This document shows positions 18,208 through 27,936 of a stretch of 64,000 bases of DNA, in pieces (within the stretch, counting starts at the first letter, position 1; each line of letters begins with the position of its first letter). This DNA is from an uncultured Methanomicrobiaceae archaeon (GTDB taxonomy: Archaea; Halobacteriota; Methanomicrobia; Methanomicrobiales; Methanomicrobiaceae). Under the pieces are notes generated by a model. It was given only the letters and a program-made list of their open reading frames with translations. It was not told the origin of the DNA and ran no database searches. The stretch covers positions 43,161-107,160 of the forward strand of contig CAYXKC010000001.1 in assembly GCA_964465295.1 (NCBI GenBank), in the 5' to 3' direction. Both the position numbers and the translations under genes were made by a program.

Positions 18208-19227
18208 TTATACAATCTCAGTTTTTGTTTTTGAACCGGGGCTAAGATTAATATTTTTAAGCAGAAGAGCTTTTTTCTCTATCAGGTGCCATGAAAGGTA
18301 GGCTAAGGGAATGGCGCATCCCAGTGAGAGAATAATAAATTCTTCAATCAGGATTCCCGGCAGGAAGTGCAGTATAGTCTGCTGGATCGGGTATGCATAG
18401 ATGTACATTCCATATGACGGTTCCCCGTACTTCCCGAAATTTGATAGATATGGGATGCCTGCATATGCGACTGTCAATACAAAGTATGGTATAGCAATAA
18501 ATGCGAATAAAAACATATACTGGGTTCCTGATGCAAGCAGTACGGGTACAAAAAGAAGAACCGCAATCCACCACCTGTAACCTATATAGTCCCTGTTAAG
18601 GTACAAAAACGACCCGGCAAAGAAGTATATTATAAAACGAATCTTGTTCAATGCGGGATTGTCATATACTGAAATCCAGGTAAGCACTGTTATGAGGATA
18701 AATGGAAGCATAATAAATCTCTTGTTCATCAGCCCGATGACCCCCAGGACTACAACGGAAATATAAAGAACGAACTCCAGGGGGATCGTCCATAAAGGTG
18801 CATTGACGTAAGTTACCGGGTTGCCTGCAAATATCCCGATTGCACCTCCGTTGTTATAGAACGGGACTGCCGACCATGTTGAAAAAGATGTAAGACCGGC
18901 GAAGTATTCTGAGATTGTGAATGATGTATTTAACGGTCCTATGATGAGTATGATAAATGAAACGGATAATATGAGCCCGGGTACGATCCTCAATACCCTC
19001 TTCCAGAGAAAGTTCCTTACAACCGGCCTCTGCTCCCAGCTACGTGTGATCAGGTAACCGCTGATGACAAGAAGTGTGGCAAGACCTGCCTGTCCCAGGA
19101 GGAGGTGCCAGTCGAAGAAGTGTAGATTGGGATATCCAAGTGAAAGCGCATAACAATGGGATATTATTATTGAAGAGGCTGCAAGAAACCTCAAAATGTC
19201 AAAATTGTTTGTATACCTGATATTCAT
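18208..19227 (-). CDS. Acyltransferase-3 family integral membrane O-acyltransferase
   Basis: 339 aa with about 10 predicted transmembrane segments. N-terminal FDILRFLAASSIIISH is typical of the acyltransferase 3 family. Confidence 0.75.
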   Translation of the reverse strand: MNIRYTNNFDILRFLAASSIIISHCYALSLGYPNLHFFDWHLLLGQAGLATLLVISGYLITRSWEQRPVVRNFLWKRVLRIVPGLILSVSFIILIIGPLNTSFTISEYFAGLTSFSTWSAVPFYNNGGAIGIFAGNPVTYVNAPLWTIPLEFVLYISVVVLGVIGLMNKRFIMLPFILITVLTWISVYDNPALNKIRFIIYFFAGSFLYLNRDYIGYRWWIAVLLFVPVLLASGTQYMFLFAFIAIPYFVLTVAYAGIPYLSNFGKYGEPSYGMYIYAYPIQQTILHFLPGILIEEFIILSLGCAIPLAYLSWHLIEKKALLLKNINLSPGSKTKTEIV

Positions 19228-19238
19228 AATCCAGACCG

Positions 19239-20135
19239 TTACAACTCCAGGCGAACGGTTTCTGTTGCTTCAACCATGTTTTTAAGTTTTCCAAAAGCTA
19301 CGGATCTCTCGTGCATCCTCAAACCGCAGTCGGGATCGATAATAAGTTTATCGGCTCCCAATATCTCTATTCCCTTCCCGATTCTTGAGATTATTGTGTC
19401 TACGGATTCCACATTCCGGTCCGCTGAATCCACAACTCCGTACCCGATTATTTTATTCCGGATATCACTATTTGAGATTATTTCGATATTATCCGGGTTA
19501 TTGGCGAATTCAAGATCGATGATATCTACAGGCATCTTTAGAATATCATCTATAATCTCTCCTACGTTTCCACATACATGCAGACAAACGGGAACACTTA
19601 CTGAACCGGCTATGGCGCTTATCGACTCATAGGCTGCACTCATACTTGCGATTCCCGTTGATAATATCGGTTCGTCTATCTGTAGTATTGTAATTCCGGT
19701 ATCCTCGAGAAAACCTGCTTCATGAATAAGCGCCTGGGCAATATCCGGGATTATCTCGTCCCTGTTCCTGTACATCGGGGTTTTAATCTTTAAGGCATGA
19801 GCCAGAGTCGAGGGTCCTGCAAACATGGCCTTTACCTTCCCGTTTTTTGATATTGCATATTTTGTGTCTGACGCTGTTATTGAACCCTGTGCGGGTTTGA
19901 TAAGGCCTCTTACCTCCTGACCGTTTATACCCGGGAGCCTTGAGAGGATAGTCGATATCATATCCCCCCGTACCTGGCCGGTTGATATAATGTCAACACC
20001 TGCAGCCATCTGGTCGGAGACTGCCGTCTCGAGTGCACCCTTATACGGGTTCATCAACGATTTGAATCCTTTAGACTTCACTGCCGGGTAGCTTCCGACA
20101 ACGGTTGTGGGAAGTGGTTTGGCCATTATCTTCAT
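19239..20135 (-). CDS. metE: Short cobalamin-independent-type methionine synthase (MetE C-terminal-like)
   Basis: Contains LPTTVVGSYP, plus CLHVCGN and DPDCGL as Zn-ligand motifs. About 298 aa, as in the methanogen enzymes. ATGA overlap with the aspS stop. Confidence 0.8.
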   Translation of the reverse strand: MKIMAKPLPTTVVGSYPAVKSKGFKSLMNPYKGALETAVSDQMAAGVDIISTGQVRGDMISTILSRLPGINGQEVRGLIKPAQGSITASDTKYAISKNGKVKAMFAGPSTLAHALKIKTPMYRNRDEIIPDIAQALIHEAGFLEDTGITILQIDEPILSTGIASMSAAYESISAIAGSVSVPVCLHVCGNVGEIIDDILKMPVDIIDLEFANNPDNIEIISNSDIRNKIIGYGVVDSADRNVESVDTIISRIGKGIEILGADKLIIDPDCGLRMHERSVAFGKLKNMVEATETVRLEL

Positions 20136-21421
20136 GGTGTCAGCCTGTGCCTGTCTCTTGGGAATAATACTGCCTCGCGGATATTGGGCAGTTCAAGCAT
20201 GGTCATTATCAGTCTCTCCATTCCGAGTCCCCATCCCGCATGCGGGGGCATTCCATACCTGAAGGGTTTTAGATAGAATTCAAAGCTCTCCGGGGACAGT
20301 CCTTTCTGCCTGATCTGTTCGATTAAAAGGTCGTGCTGGTGGATACGCTGTGCACCGCTGGATAACTCCATCTTAGGATGCATAAGATCGAATGCCTTAC
20401 AGATCTCCGGTTCGTTTTCATATGGCATTGCATAATATGGTTTGATGGCGGTCGGCCAGTCGGTTATAAAGTAATGCTCCCCCATCTCGTCACCGATCGC
20501 CCTTTCGGCAGCTGTTGAAAGGTCGTCGCCATAGCTAATCTCTTCTTCAATTGAGACAGATGCGATATCGATTGCTTCTGTGTATGTAATCTTTGGGAAA
20601 GGAGTCTTTGGGACTTCAAATTCAATTCCAAGAATGTCAATCTCATTTTGACAGTTTTTCTCAACAGCACTGTAGGCAGAGACGATTACTTTTTCAAGAA
20701 TATCCATTACATCGTTGTGATCTGCAAATGAAACTTCTATGTCTATCGATGTCGCCTCGTTCAGGTGCCTCGTCGTATTATGTTCCTCTGCCCTGAATAT
20801 GGGGCCTATCTCAAAGACCTTCTCGAATCCTGCCGCCATCATCATCTGTTTGTAGAGCTGGGGACTCTGGTTTAGAAATGCTTCCTTTTCAAAATATGCA
20901 ATCGGAAAGAGCTCTGTACCGCCCTCTGTTGCAGCGGCTACTACCTTTGAGGTTGTGATATTGATGAATCCTTCTTTGAAGAGGTAGTTGTATATTGCCT
21001 CCGTAACATTGCTTCTGATTGAAAAAACCGAATTAATCCTCGGTCTTCTTGCATCGAGGTACCTGTTGTCGATCCTTGTATCGACTTCGGCAAGCACTTT
21101 TTCAGACACATCCAGTGGGAGAGGAGTTTCGGCACGGCTAAGGATCTCGAATTCTTCAGGAATGATCTCTCTTCCGCCCGGTGCTTTTTCGGTCGGCTTG
21201 ACCAGCCCTGAAACCATAACCACTGACTCTCTCGAGACATCTTTCACTGCATTGAGCACAGATTCAGGTGCCTTCTTTTTTACAATGGTGGCCTGGAGAA
21301 AGCCGGTCCTGTCCCTGAGAATGTAAAAACTCAAACCGCCAAGATCGCGTATTTCATGAACCCAGCCAATGACTTTTGCAGTCTCCGTTTCCGGTGTTAC
21401 TTCATTCAAATATTTACGCAT
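20132..21421 (-). CDS. aspS: Aspartyl-tRNA synthetase (archaeal type)
   Basis: 429 aa with an N-terminal OB fold and class II motifs ([23 protein letters not shown]). Confidence 0.92.
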   Translation of the reverse strand: MRKYLNEVTPETETAKVIGWVHEIRDLGGLSFYILRDRTGFLQATIVKKKAPESVLNAVKDVSRESVVMVSGLVKPTEKAPGGREIIPEEFEILSRAETPLPLDVSEKVLAEVDTRIDNRYLDARRPRINSVFSIRSNVTEAIYNYLFKEGFINITTSKVVAAATEGGTELFPIAYFEKEAFLNQSPQLYKQMMMAAGFEKVFEIGPIFRAEEHNTTRHLNEATSIDIEVSFADHNDVMDILEKVIVSAYSAVEKNCQNEIDILGIEFEVPKTPFPKITYTEAIDIASVSIEEEISYGDDLSTAAERAIGDEMGEHYFITDWPTAIKPYYAMPYENEPEICKAFDLMHPKMELSSGAQRIHQHDLLIEQIRQKGLSPESFEFYLKPFRYGMPPHAGWGLGMERLIMTMLELPNIREAVLFPRDRHRLTP

Positions 21422-21534
21422 ACAAATTCTGCATTATGTTATGTAACTACAGTTTTATTTTGCTTTTCTCAGGTACTCTTTTTTTTATTGCAATAATTTT
21501 AATAATCTGAATTCGTAGATAGACCCGGGATAGC

Positions 21535-21984
21535 ATGATCGGAAAGATACTGGTTGCAATCGACGGTTCGCCCGCCTCAGAGAAGGCACTGGATATCGCA
21601 ATCGATGAGGCGAAAGCGAGAGATGCAGAACTTCATGCAATATTTGTAGTCCCGGGCCCGCCACCGGATACGACTATACATGACGGGGGCGCACATAACC
21701 CGGGTGCCGGTACATCCAATCCGGGTGAAACTTTAAACAATACTGGCGGACTGCTCCTTGGACATGCGGAGGCGGCTGCAGCCGGGAGAGTTGTTGGGAT
21801 AATTACACATTGCATTTATGGAGATCCCCCCGGTGCAATCATTGAGCTGTCAGAAGAGATCGGGGCTGATTTAATAGTACTGGGTTCCAGCGGGAAGAAC
21901 GGATTTGACAGGTTCTTTCTTGGGAGTGTAAGTTCAGGAGTAATCGAAAAATCCAGAATTACAACTATTATCGCGAGGAATTAA
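21535..21984 (+). CDS. Universal stress protein (UspA family)
   Basis: Contains ILVAIDGS and LIVLGSSGKNGFDRFFLGSVS. A Pro/Gly-rich low-complexity insert lies mid-protein. Confidence 0.8.
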   Translation: MIGKILVAIDGSPASEKALDIAIDEAKARDAELHAIFVVPGPPPDTTIHDGGAHNPGAGTSNPGETLNNTGGLLLGHAEAAAAGRVVGIITHCIYGDPPGAIIELSEEIGADLIVLGSSGKNGFDRFFLGSVSSGVIEKSRITTIIARN

Positions 21985-22030
21985 TAATACGGAAAAGAAT
22001 TTATTAAATCCGGTCAGAATATTAATATAT

Positions 22031-23239
22031 ATGCGGCGCTTCCCGAATAAATTATTATTTTGTCTGTTTTTATCAATCATTCTCTCCTGTATGCCGGTAG
22101 CATGTTCGGCAGCAGGTGAACTGGAGATATGGGGATATACCGAACCCGGGAATGTGCTTTGTCCCGGCCAGGATGCTACCGCCATCTATACAATCGGGTA
22201 CAAATTTGAATCCGATGACGAAAGCCTCCAGTTATATACAGAACTGATCAATCCGAAATGGGAGGCGTCAATAATTATCGACGGGGTAAGCCATGTTCTC
22301 CCTTCAGGTAACGGCAGGTACATGAGTCTTAGCGGATTTGAGCTCTATTACCCCCGGACCCACTCTTCAAAGGTTGAATTTTCGCTTAAGGGAACAGTTC
22401 CCGAGGTTTATTACTCCGGGAATTATACGATCTTCCTTGCAACCTGGTATGACTATGAAGGTTCGGTAACGGACGAAAAAGTTGTTGAAGCAATTATCGT
22501 GAATCCGTCTGAGATCGAGAGTATTCAGCAGACCCGCGAGAATGAACTTCAGCTGCTGAGGAATTACCTGGATGATAAGTATCTTCCCGGTGTGGATCTC
22601 ACTTCTGCCGAAAAGAAGTACAGCGATGCCGCTTCAGCCATAGAGAATGCCAAAAAAGCCGATCCGGCTACATCAAGCTCTCTTCTCTCAGATGCAAAGA
22701 TCTTTATCGACGAAAGCTACCTGCTGGCGGATAAGGCATGGGCAGATTATTCGATTGGACAGGCAGGGTCTAAGATCTCTGTTGTAAGAGGGATGATCTC
22801 GGTATATGAGGATAAGGGGTTGTCCGGTGATTCGAGAGTATGGGTTGTCCGATCGTATGTAGACAATGCTGACACTCTCCTTGTCCTCGCCTCAGAGAAA
22901 TTTGGCAGTTCAGATTATGATTCTGCAGGGAGTTATGCGGAACAGGCGCAATCCAAGGCGGAACAGGCATATGATTATGCATGCAGCCTGAATAAAGAAC
23001 TTGATCTAAAATCCCCGGCGATGCAGACCTCTTCCACTCCGAAAAAGACCACATCGTCTCCAACCTCAACCTCCCCGGGATCTTCCGGAGAAAGCATTGA
23101 TGATGCGGGTGTTGGGGATTTCCTCCAGTCTGAAGTCGATCTGGATAGTGCGATAAAAATTCTTTCTATGATTGGTGAAGGATTAATGGGGGCTTTCGAG
23201 TTTCTTGGAGGCCTGATTTCGATGGCTTCTGATAACTGA
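22031..23239 (+). CDS. Secreted or lipid-anchored hypothetical protein
   Basis: Signal peptide MRRFPNKLLFCLFLSIILSCMPVAC|S with a lipobox-like VAC. A Ser/Thr/Pro linker (TSSTPKKTTSSPTSTSPGSSGES) precedes a short hydrophobic C-terminus. I recognised no family. Confidence 0.5.
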   Translation: MRRFPNKLLFCLFLSIILSCMPVACSAAGELEIWGYTEPGNVLCPGQDATAIYTIGYKFESDDESLQLYTELINPKWEASIIIDGVSHVLPSGNGRYMSLSGFELYYPRTHSSKVEFSLKGTVPEVYYSGNYTIFLATWYDYEGSVTDEKVVEAIIVNPSEIESIQQTRENELQLLRNYLDDKYLPGVDLTSAEKKYSDAASAIENAKKADPATSSSLLSDAKIFIDESYLLADKAWADYSIGQAGSKISVVRGMISVYEDKGLSGDSRVWVVRSYVDNADTLLVLASEKFGSSDYDSAGSYAEQAQSKAEQAYDYACSLNKELDLKSPAMQTSSTPKKTTSSPTSTSPGSSGESIDDAGVGDFLQSEVDLDSAIKILSMIGEGLMGAFEFLGGLISMASDN

Positions 23240-24097
23240 CATGAGATCCCAGGCGAGTGATTCTGCAGAATGCCCGGAGTTCATCTTCGTATTCATCTGC
23301 ATCGCTCCTTCTATTCTTTTTTCCTGGTTTTGATCCTGGATCATAAGGTCTGTAAAACCCGTATAGGCTGAGAGAATTTTATTGTAATTAGTCAGAGCAC
23401 ATCCTGAAGGGTTTTTGGGAAGATCCGGTGCGAAAGCGATAGTAAACTGTTTAAAAAGAAGATCCTTCATGCCATCGCATGCAATTACAGGCATAAGCGA
23501 TGTCAGATGCGAACCCGGGCCGATGATGACTGCATCTGATGATGATATTACCGAGGCCGCTTCCCGGGTGATAACCGGGTTGTTGGAGAATTCAATTTTA
23601 ATCTCCCTGATAATATCCAGTTCATTTCCGGTGATGTTATCCCTTAGATTGATTGAAGGCACAAATTCATCACCAGCTTTACAGTAAAGTTCCATTCGAT
23701 TGTCTGTAGCAGGAAGAATTTTGGCACATATTCCAAACCTCCGGCACATCTGTTTAGTAACCTCGGTTGCCGTGAGTCCTTCTGAAAAGTATCTCCCTCT
23801 CGCCGTATGAACTGCACGCTCCTTATCCCCGACAGGTACAATGTCATCTTTGAAATATCTTTTAAAAAAGGAGTATGTTGAAAATGTATCCCCTTTAATT
23901 CCACGCCATTTTGAGGTATCCAGTATACCCGAGAATAAATAGATCAGGTTGTCGATATCCGGAGATGCCATAGTCCCGTCTATCCATATTGAATCCGATG
24001 TGTTTGCAATTACGGCAATCTCATCATCGTCGAGAAAGTGCCTGAATGCACGAATCAGTTTCAGCGATTCGCTTCCGCCTGAAATGACGGTAATCAT
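23183..24097 (-). CDS. CofD-family (2-phospho-L-lactate transferase-like) paralog, divergent motifs
   Basis: Alignable over its full length with the ORF at 25114-26016. However, the N-terminal loop is ISGGSESLKL instead of SGGTGTPKL, and IGPGSHLTSL replaces IGPSNPVTSI. Confidence 0.7.
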   Translation of the reverse strand: MITVISGGSESLKLIRAFRHFLDDDEIAVIANTSDSIWIDGTMASPDIDNLIYLFSGILDTSKWRGIKGDTFSTYSFFKRYFKDDIVPVGDKERAVHTARGRYFSEGLTATEVTKQMCRRFGICAKILPATDNRMELYCKAGDEFVPSINLRDNITGNELDIIREIKIEFSNNPVITREAASVISSSDAVIIGPGSHLTSLMPVIACDGMKDLLFKQFTIAFAPDLPKNPSGCALTNYNKILSAYTGFTDLMIQDQNQEKRIEGAMQMNTKMNSGHSAESLAWDLMSVIRSHRNQASKKLESPH

Positions 24098-24140
24098 CGG
24101 GTTATATTGGGCTGTGAAAAATAAAATAGATTGTCTGTGT

Positions 24141-25061
24141 TTATTCCATAAGCCGGTAACCGGAATTCAGCTTTTCCAGTACGGCAAGTGAATACACCCT
24201 GAGGAAAGTGCTGAAGGGAACGCTTATGATAAGAAGCACCGGGATAATTATGGCAAGGAACAATACCAAAACTACTACATTAAGCAGGTTTAACCCGAGT
24301 CCGATTCCCATGAGAAGGTACAATATCAGGAAAGGTATTCCGACTGCAATTATTACAATCATGGATGCAAGTAGAAGGAAGATTGCCACGACAATCGATA
24401 TGACCACCTTCATAATCAGGTAAATTATCGATTGAGCCGGGCTTTCTTTTACTATTGAAAAGCATTTTTTCCATCCTTCAATAACTCCGCAATTGTCCTT
24501 AAGCATGATAGGTACAACAAAATCTATTGTAAATATTGATATTATGGATACTGCAAGTATCACAAGGAGAAAAAATCCCAGGGCAGCCATGAATAATATT
24601 GGATCGAATGAGCCCCCGGAAGAAAATATTGACAACAGGAATACGGCGACTGCTGCAATAACGAGAAAGATCATTATTATCATGAATATGAAAAGCCGAA
24701 ATCCCCTGCCGGCATTCTCCCTGAAAAATTTTCTTAACCGGAATTGATTTTCAGCCAGGCATTTAACGAATACAAACTGGAAGACATTTGAAAAATAAAG
24801 ATAAACCAGAGCAATCAGACCAACGGCTACCAGTAAGAATATTATCAGTTCGGGAATGTCCCAAAAACCTGCTTCAAGACCTGAGAGATCCGAAGGAGGA
24901 TTCCCCGGGAATGAGGAGGGAAAATTAAATCCGCCAAATCCCCCTGTGAAGAGACAGATTACAGCTATTCTCCACCAGACACTCCACTTAAACGGCCACA
25001 AGAGACTTTTTGTTCTTTCAATTGCATCATCAATAGCTGAGAATGCATGATAAACAGACAT
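24141..25061 (-). CDS. Polytopic membrane protein (about 6-7 TM segments), unknown function
   Basis: I prefer the ATG at 25061 (MSVYHAFSAIDDAIERTKSLLWPF...). The longer track start at 25169 would overlap cofD by 56 nt. Very hydrophobic. The N-terminal helix plus Gly-rich loop resembles archaeal DUF4013/DUF7544-type proteins (recalled only). Confidence 0.55.
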   Translation of the reverse strand: MSVYHAFSAIDDAIERTKSLLWPFKWSVWWRIAVICLFTGGFGGFNFPSSFPGNPPSDLSGLEAGFWDIPELIIFLLVAVGLIALVYLYFSNVFQFVFVKCLAENQFRLRKFFRENAGRGFRLFIFMIIMIFLVIAAVAVFLLSIFSSGGSFDPILFMAALGFFLLVILAVSIISIFTIDFVVPIMLKDNCGVIEGWKKCFSIVKESPAQSIIYLIMKVVISIVVAIFLLLASMIVIIAVGIPFLILYLLMGIGLGLNLLNVVVLVLFLAIIIPVLLIISVPFSTFLRVYSLAVLEKLNSGYRLME

Positions 25062-25113
25062 ACAACAATATAAGGGATTTTTTATTATAAATTGATTGAA
25101 CTTTTGAGTTATA

Positions 25114-26016
25114 TCAAAAATCCACAAGAGATAGGATTTCTCCGGCAAGTCCGGAGCTGACAGCTTCATCTGTCATCAGGGTATCAGCCCGGATTCCACT
25201 CTCAAGCATTAATGGATCCCTGATATCCTGTATGAAGAGATCCGTGAACTCACTGTACAACGATAAAGTGCCGGCTGAATCTGCTGTCATTCCCCATGCC
25301 TCCATGAGTGCCTTTGCGGGTCCGCTTACCGGTTCGCTGCCGATGAAGGGGCTGACCGAAATTACAAATGCGCTCTTTAATGCCTCTTTTATACCTGAGC
25401 ATTCGAGAATAGGCGATATACTTGTTACAGGATTTGAAGGCCCAATTACGACGAGATCGGAGTTGTCTATTGCACTAACCGACTCTTTTGTTCCGGAGAT
25501 CATTTCGTCGCTGTTTCTTATAATTTCATCAATATCCAGGTTTCCGCGGTGTTTTACCCAGTATTCCTGAAAATGTATGAGTTTTCCCCCGGTCCTGATA
25601 AAGGTCGTATATTCGGAATCCGTCATGGGAAGTATGTTTGCGGTTATATCCATCCTCCTGCATAGTTCCTTTGTCGATTGCGTCAGAGTCATTCCCGATT
25701 CAAGCATGCCAGCCCTGGCAATATTTACAGCTCTGTCCCGGTCTCCAAGAGTAAGATATACATCCTCGCCAAGATCCTTCAGAAAATCATTTGTTATTGT
25801 GGTGTCGCCCTTAATTCCCCACCATGTATCTGTATCCAGGAGTCCTGCAAACAGATACATTACTGTGTCTATATCCGGAGATAAGTGGCTGCCGTAGATC
25901 CACATATCCTCTGCGGTATTGACTATTACAGAGATGTCACAGTCTTTTATGTGGTTCCTAAAGCCCCTGATCAGTTTAGGGGTACCCGTGCCTCCTGAAA
26001 GAAATGTGACTTTCAT
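25114..26016 (-). CDS. cofD: 2-phospho-L-lactate transferase (F420 biosynthesis) CofD
   Basis: Contains MKVTFLSGGTGTPKLIRG, GDRDRAV and IGPSNPVTSI; about 300 aa. Confidence 0.8.
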   Translation of the reverse strand: MKVTFLSGGTGTPKLIRGFRNHIKDCDISVIVNTAEDMWIYGSHLSPDIDTVMYLFAGLLDTDTWWGIKGDTTITNDFLKDLGEDVYLTLGDRDRAVNIARAGMLESGMTLTQSTKELCRRMDITANILPMTDSEYTTFIRTGGKLIHFQEYWVKHRGNLDIDEIIRNSDEMISGTKESVSAIDNSDLVVIGPSNPVTSISPILECSGIKEALKSAFVISVSPFIGSEPVSGPAKALMEAWGMTADSAGTLSLYSEFTDLFIQDIRDPLMLESGIRADTLMTDEAVSSGLAGEILSLVDF

Positions 26017-26143
26017 CCAGAATAGTTTAAAACGGGAGATATATAAAGTGGATTATAAGTGACAACCTGTTTACTTATGAGCCGGTCTCTTAATTCCAAT
26101 AATTATATCAGATTATATAAATCAAATAGAATGTAGGAAGCGG

Positions 26144-27349
26144 ATGAAGACGATAAAGGATCCCGTCCACGGGTATATCAGTGTAGATCAGAGGGTATTG
26201 CCTTTACTTGATTCTCCGCAGGTGCAGAGACTTCGTTATATCAGACAGCTCGGTTTTTCGCACATGGTATATCCGGGAGCGAATCATACAAGGTTCGAAC
26301 ACTCTCTTGGCACCATGCATCTTGCGGGAATTCTCGCCAGAAGCCTGAAACTTACTGACCCGGATGTTCTCCTGTCGATGGTTTCAGGGCTTTTGCATGA
26401 TATCGGGCACGGCCCCTTTTCGCATGCAACCGAATCTTTGATTGAAAAGTATCTTGGAAGAAGCCACCACGAGGTCGGTTATATGATCTGCGGTGAAGAA
26501 TTGGGAGGAGCCATAGAAAGGCTTGGGCTCGAACCCAACGACGTATGTGAAATGATCGAAGGCAGGCATGAACTTTCAGGAATAATACATGGGGAACTTG
26601 ATGTCGACAGGATGGATTACCTGATGAGGGATGCTCATTATACGGGGGTTCCCTATGGGACTGTCGATGCCCAGAGACTTATTCACAGCACCACGATGTC
26701 CGGGAGCGGTCTGGTATTGAGAGATAGCGGCATAATTGCTGCTGAGTCGCTTCTTATTGCGCGTACATTGATGAGGCCGACGGTGTATTTTCATCATGTA
26801 TCAAGAATTGCAGAAACGATGGTCAAGACGGCTGCAGAGAGATACCTGGAATCTGCAGGCACCACCCGGGCAGAATGTTTGCTTGCGCTTGACGACGGTT
26901 CATTCTGTGTCGAAATCATGTCTTCGGAATGTGAGAGTGCGTCATCTCTGATGAAAGATCTCCTGAAAAGAAAATTATACAAGAGATCGATCTATGCCGG
27001 TATCGACCAGGTCAGGTACTCTTCAATACTCCGAAGACCCGAACAGATAGACGAGAAAAGGATAGCCGCACAGATTGCCGAATCGGCTGGTATCGACGAG
27101 CATCATGTTCTGGTCGACATTCCTCCTTTTCCGTCTCCCATGTCGATAGAAGTTATGGTGGAAAACAGAAACGACCTTGTTTCGCTGGAGAAGATGTCGC
27201 CCCTGGTCAATACCCTCAATGATACAAGAAAGACACAGTGGAGGATGGGGGTCTATACACTCCCCGAATACCGCAGGATAGTAGAGGATGCAGGTCGCGA
27301 GGTTCTCAATATCGGCAAACCTACAAAACAGAACAAGTTAAATATATAA
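26144..27349 (+). CDS. HD-domain metal-dependent phosphohydrolase (dNTPase-like)
   Basis: Contains RFEHSLGTMHLA, LLHDIGHGPFSH and DVDRMDYLMRD. Confidence 0.8.
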   Translation: MKTIKDPVHGYISVDQRVLPLLDSPQVQRLRYIRQLGFSHMVYPGANHTRFEHSLGTMHLAGILARSLKLTDPDVLLSMVSGLLHDIGHGPFSHATESLIEKYLGRSHHEVGYMICGEELGGAIERLGLEPNDVCEMIEGRHELSGIIHGELDVDRMDYLMRDAHYTGVPYGTVDAQRLIHSTTMSGSGLVLRDSGIIAAESLLIARTLMRPTVYFHHVSRIAETMVKTAAERYLESAGTTRAECLLALDDGSFCVEIMSSECESASSLMKDLLKRKLYKRSIYAGIDQVRYSSILRRPEQIDEKRIAAQIAESAGIDEHHVLVDIPPFPSPMSIEVMVENRNDLVSLEKMSPLVNTLNDTRKTQWRMGVYTLPEYRRIVEDAGREVLNIGKPTKQNKLNI

Positions 27350-27384
27350 TAGGTTATTTCAATCAAATCTGGAGACATTGCCTG

Positions 27385-27936
27385 ATGAAAAAATATGTAG
27401 TTGCAGTGACCGGTGCAAGCGGAATGATATATGCAAAAAGGCTCCTTGAGGTACTTACGGGAATCGGGGAGGTACATATCATCATCTCCGATATTGCCAA
27501 AAGAATTGCTGAATATGAAGAGGTGGATCTCTCCGGGTTCAACGGCGTTTATGTGGGGGATCAGGATATGTTTGCGGATGTTGCAAGCGGTTCATTTCAG
27601 TACGAAGGAATGATTATATGCCCCTGCAGCATGAAGACCCTTGCTGCCATAAGTTCGGGTTATTCGGAGAATCTTATATCCCGCGTGGCGGATGTCTGCC
27701 TGAAGGAGAAGAGGAAATGCATCCTGATGCCGAGGGAGATGCCCTTATCAAGGATTCATCTCAAAAATATGCTTAATGCTGATGAGGCAGGTGCAACGAT
27801 TATGGTAATGGCTCCCGGTTTTTACATGAAACCCGAAAAGATCGAAGACCTTGTAGATATGGTGGTTGCGAGAGCCCTGGATCACCTGGGTGTCGAGCAT
27901 GACCTTGGATTCAGATGGAGTGGATATGATGCGTGA
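27385..27936 (+). CDS. ubiX: Flavin prenyltransferase UbiX
   Basis: MKKYVVAVTGASGMIYA...ICPCSMKTLAAIS...REMPLS. ATG at 27385 with GGAGA upstream. The track start at 27238 lies inside the preceding gene. Confidence 0.9.
   Translation: MKKYVVAVTGASGMIYAKRLLEVLTGIGEVHIIISDIAKRIAEYEEVDLSGFNGVYVGDQDMFADVASGSFQYEGMIICPCSMKTLAAISSGYSENLISRVADVCLKEKRKCILMPREMPLSRIHLKNMLNADEAGATIMVMAPGFYMKPEKIEDLVDMVVARALDHLGVEHDLGFRWSGYDA

Noticed and set aside
27238-27384. N-terminal extensions suggested by the longest ORFs: 27238 for ubiX, 31835 for the GNAT gene, 25169 for the membrane protein, 10048 for the AdoMetDC-like gene and 13350 for cdc48.
   Set aside because: The extensions overlap upstream genes or divergent promoters and carry no family similarity. 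Internal ATGs with RBS-like sequences give products of canonical length.
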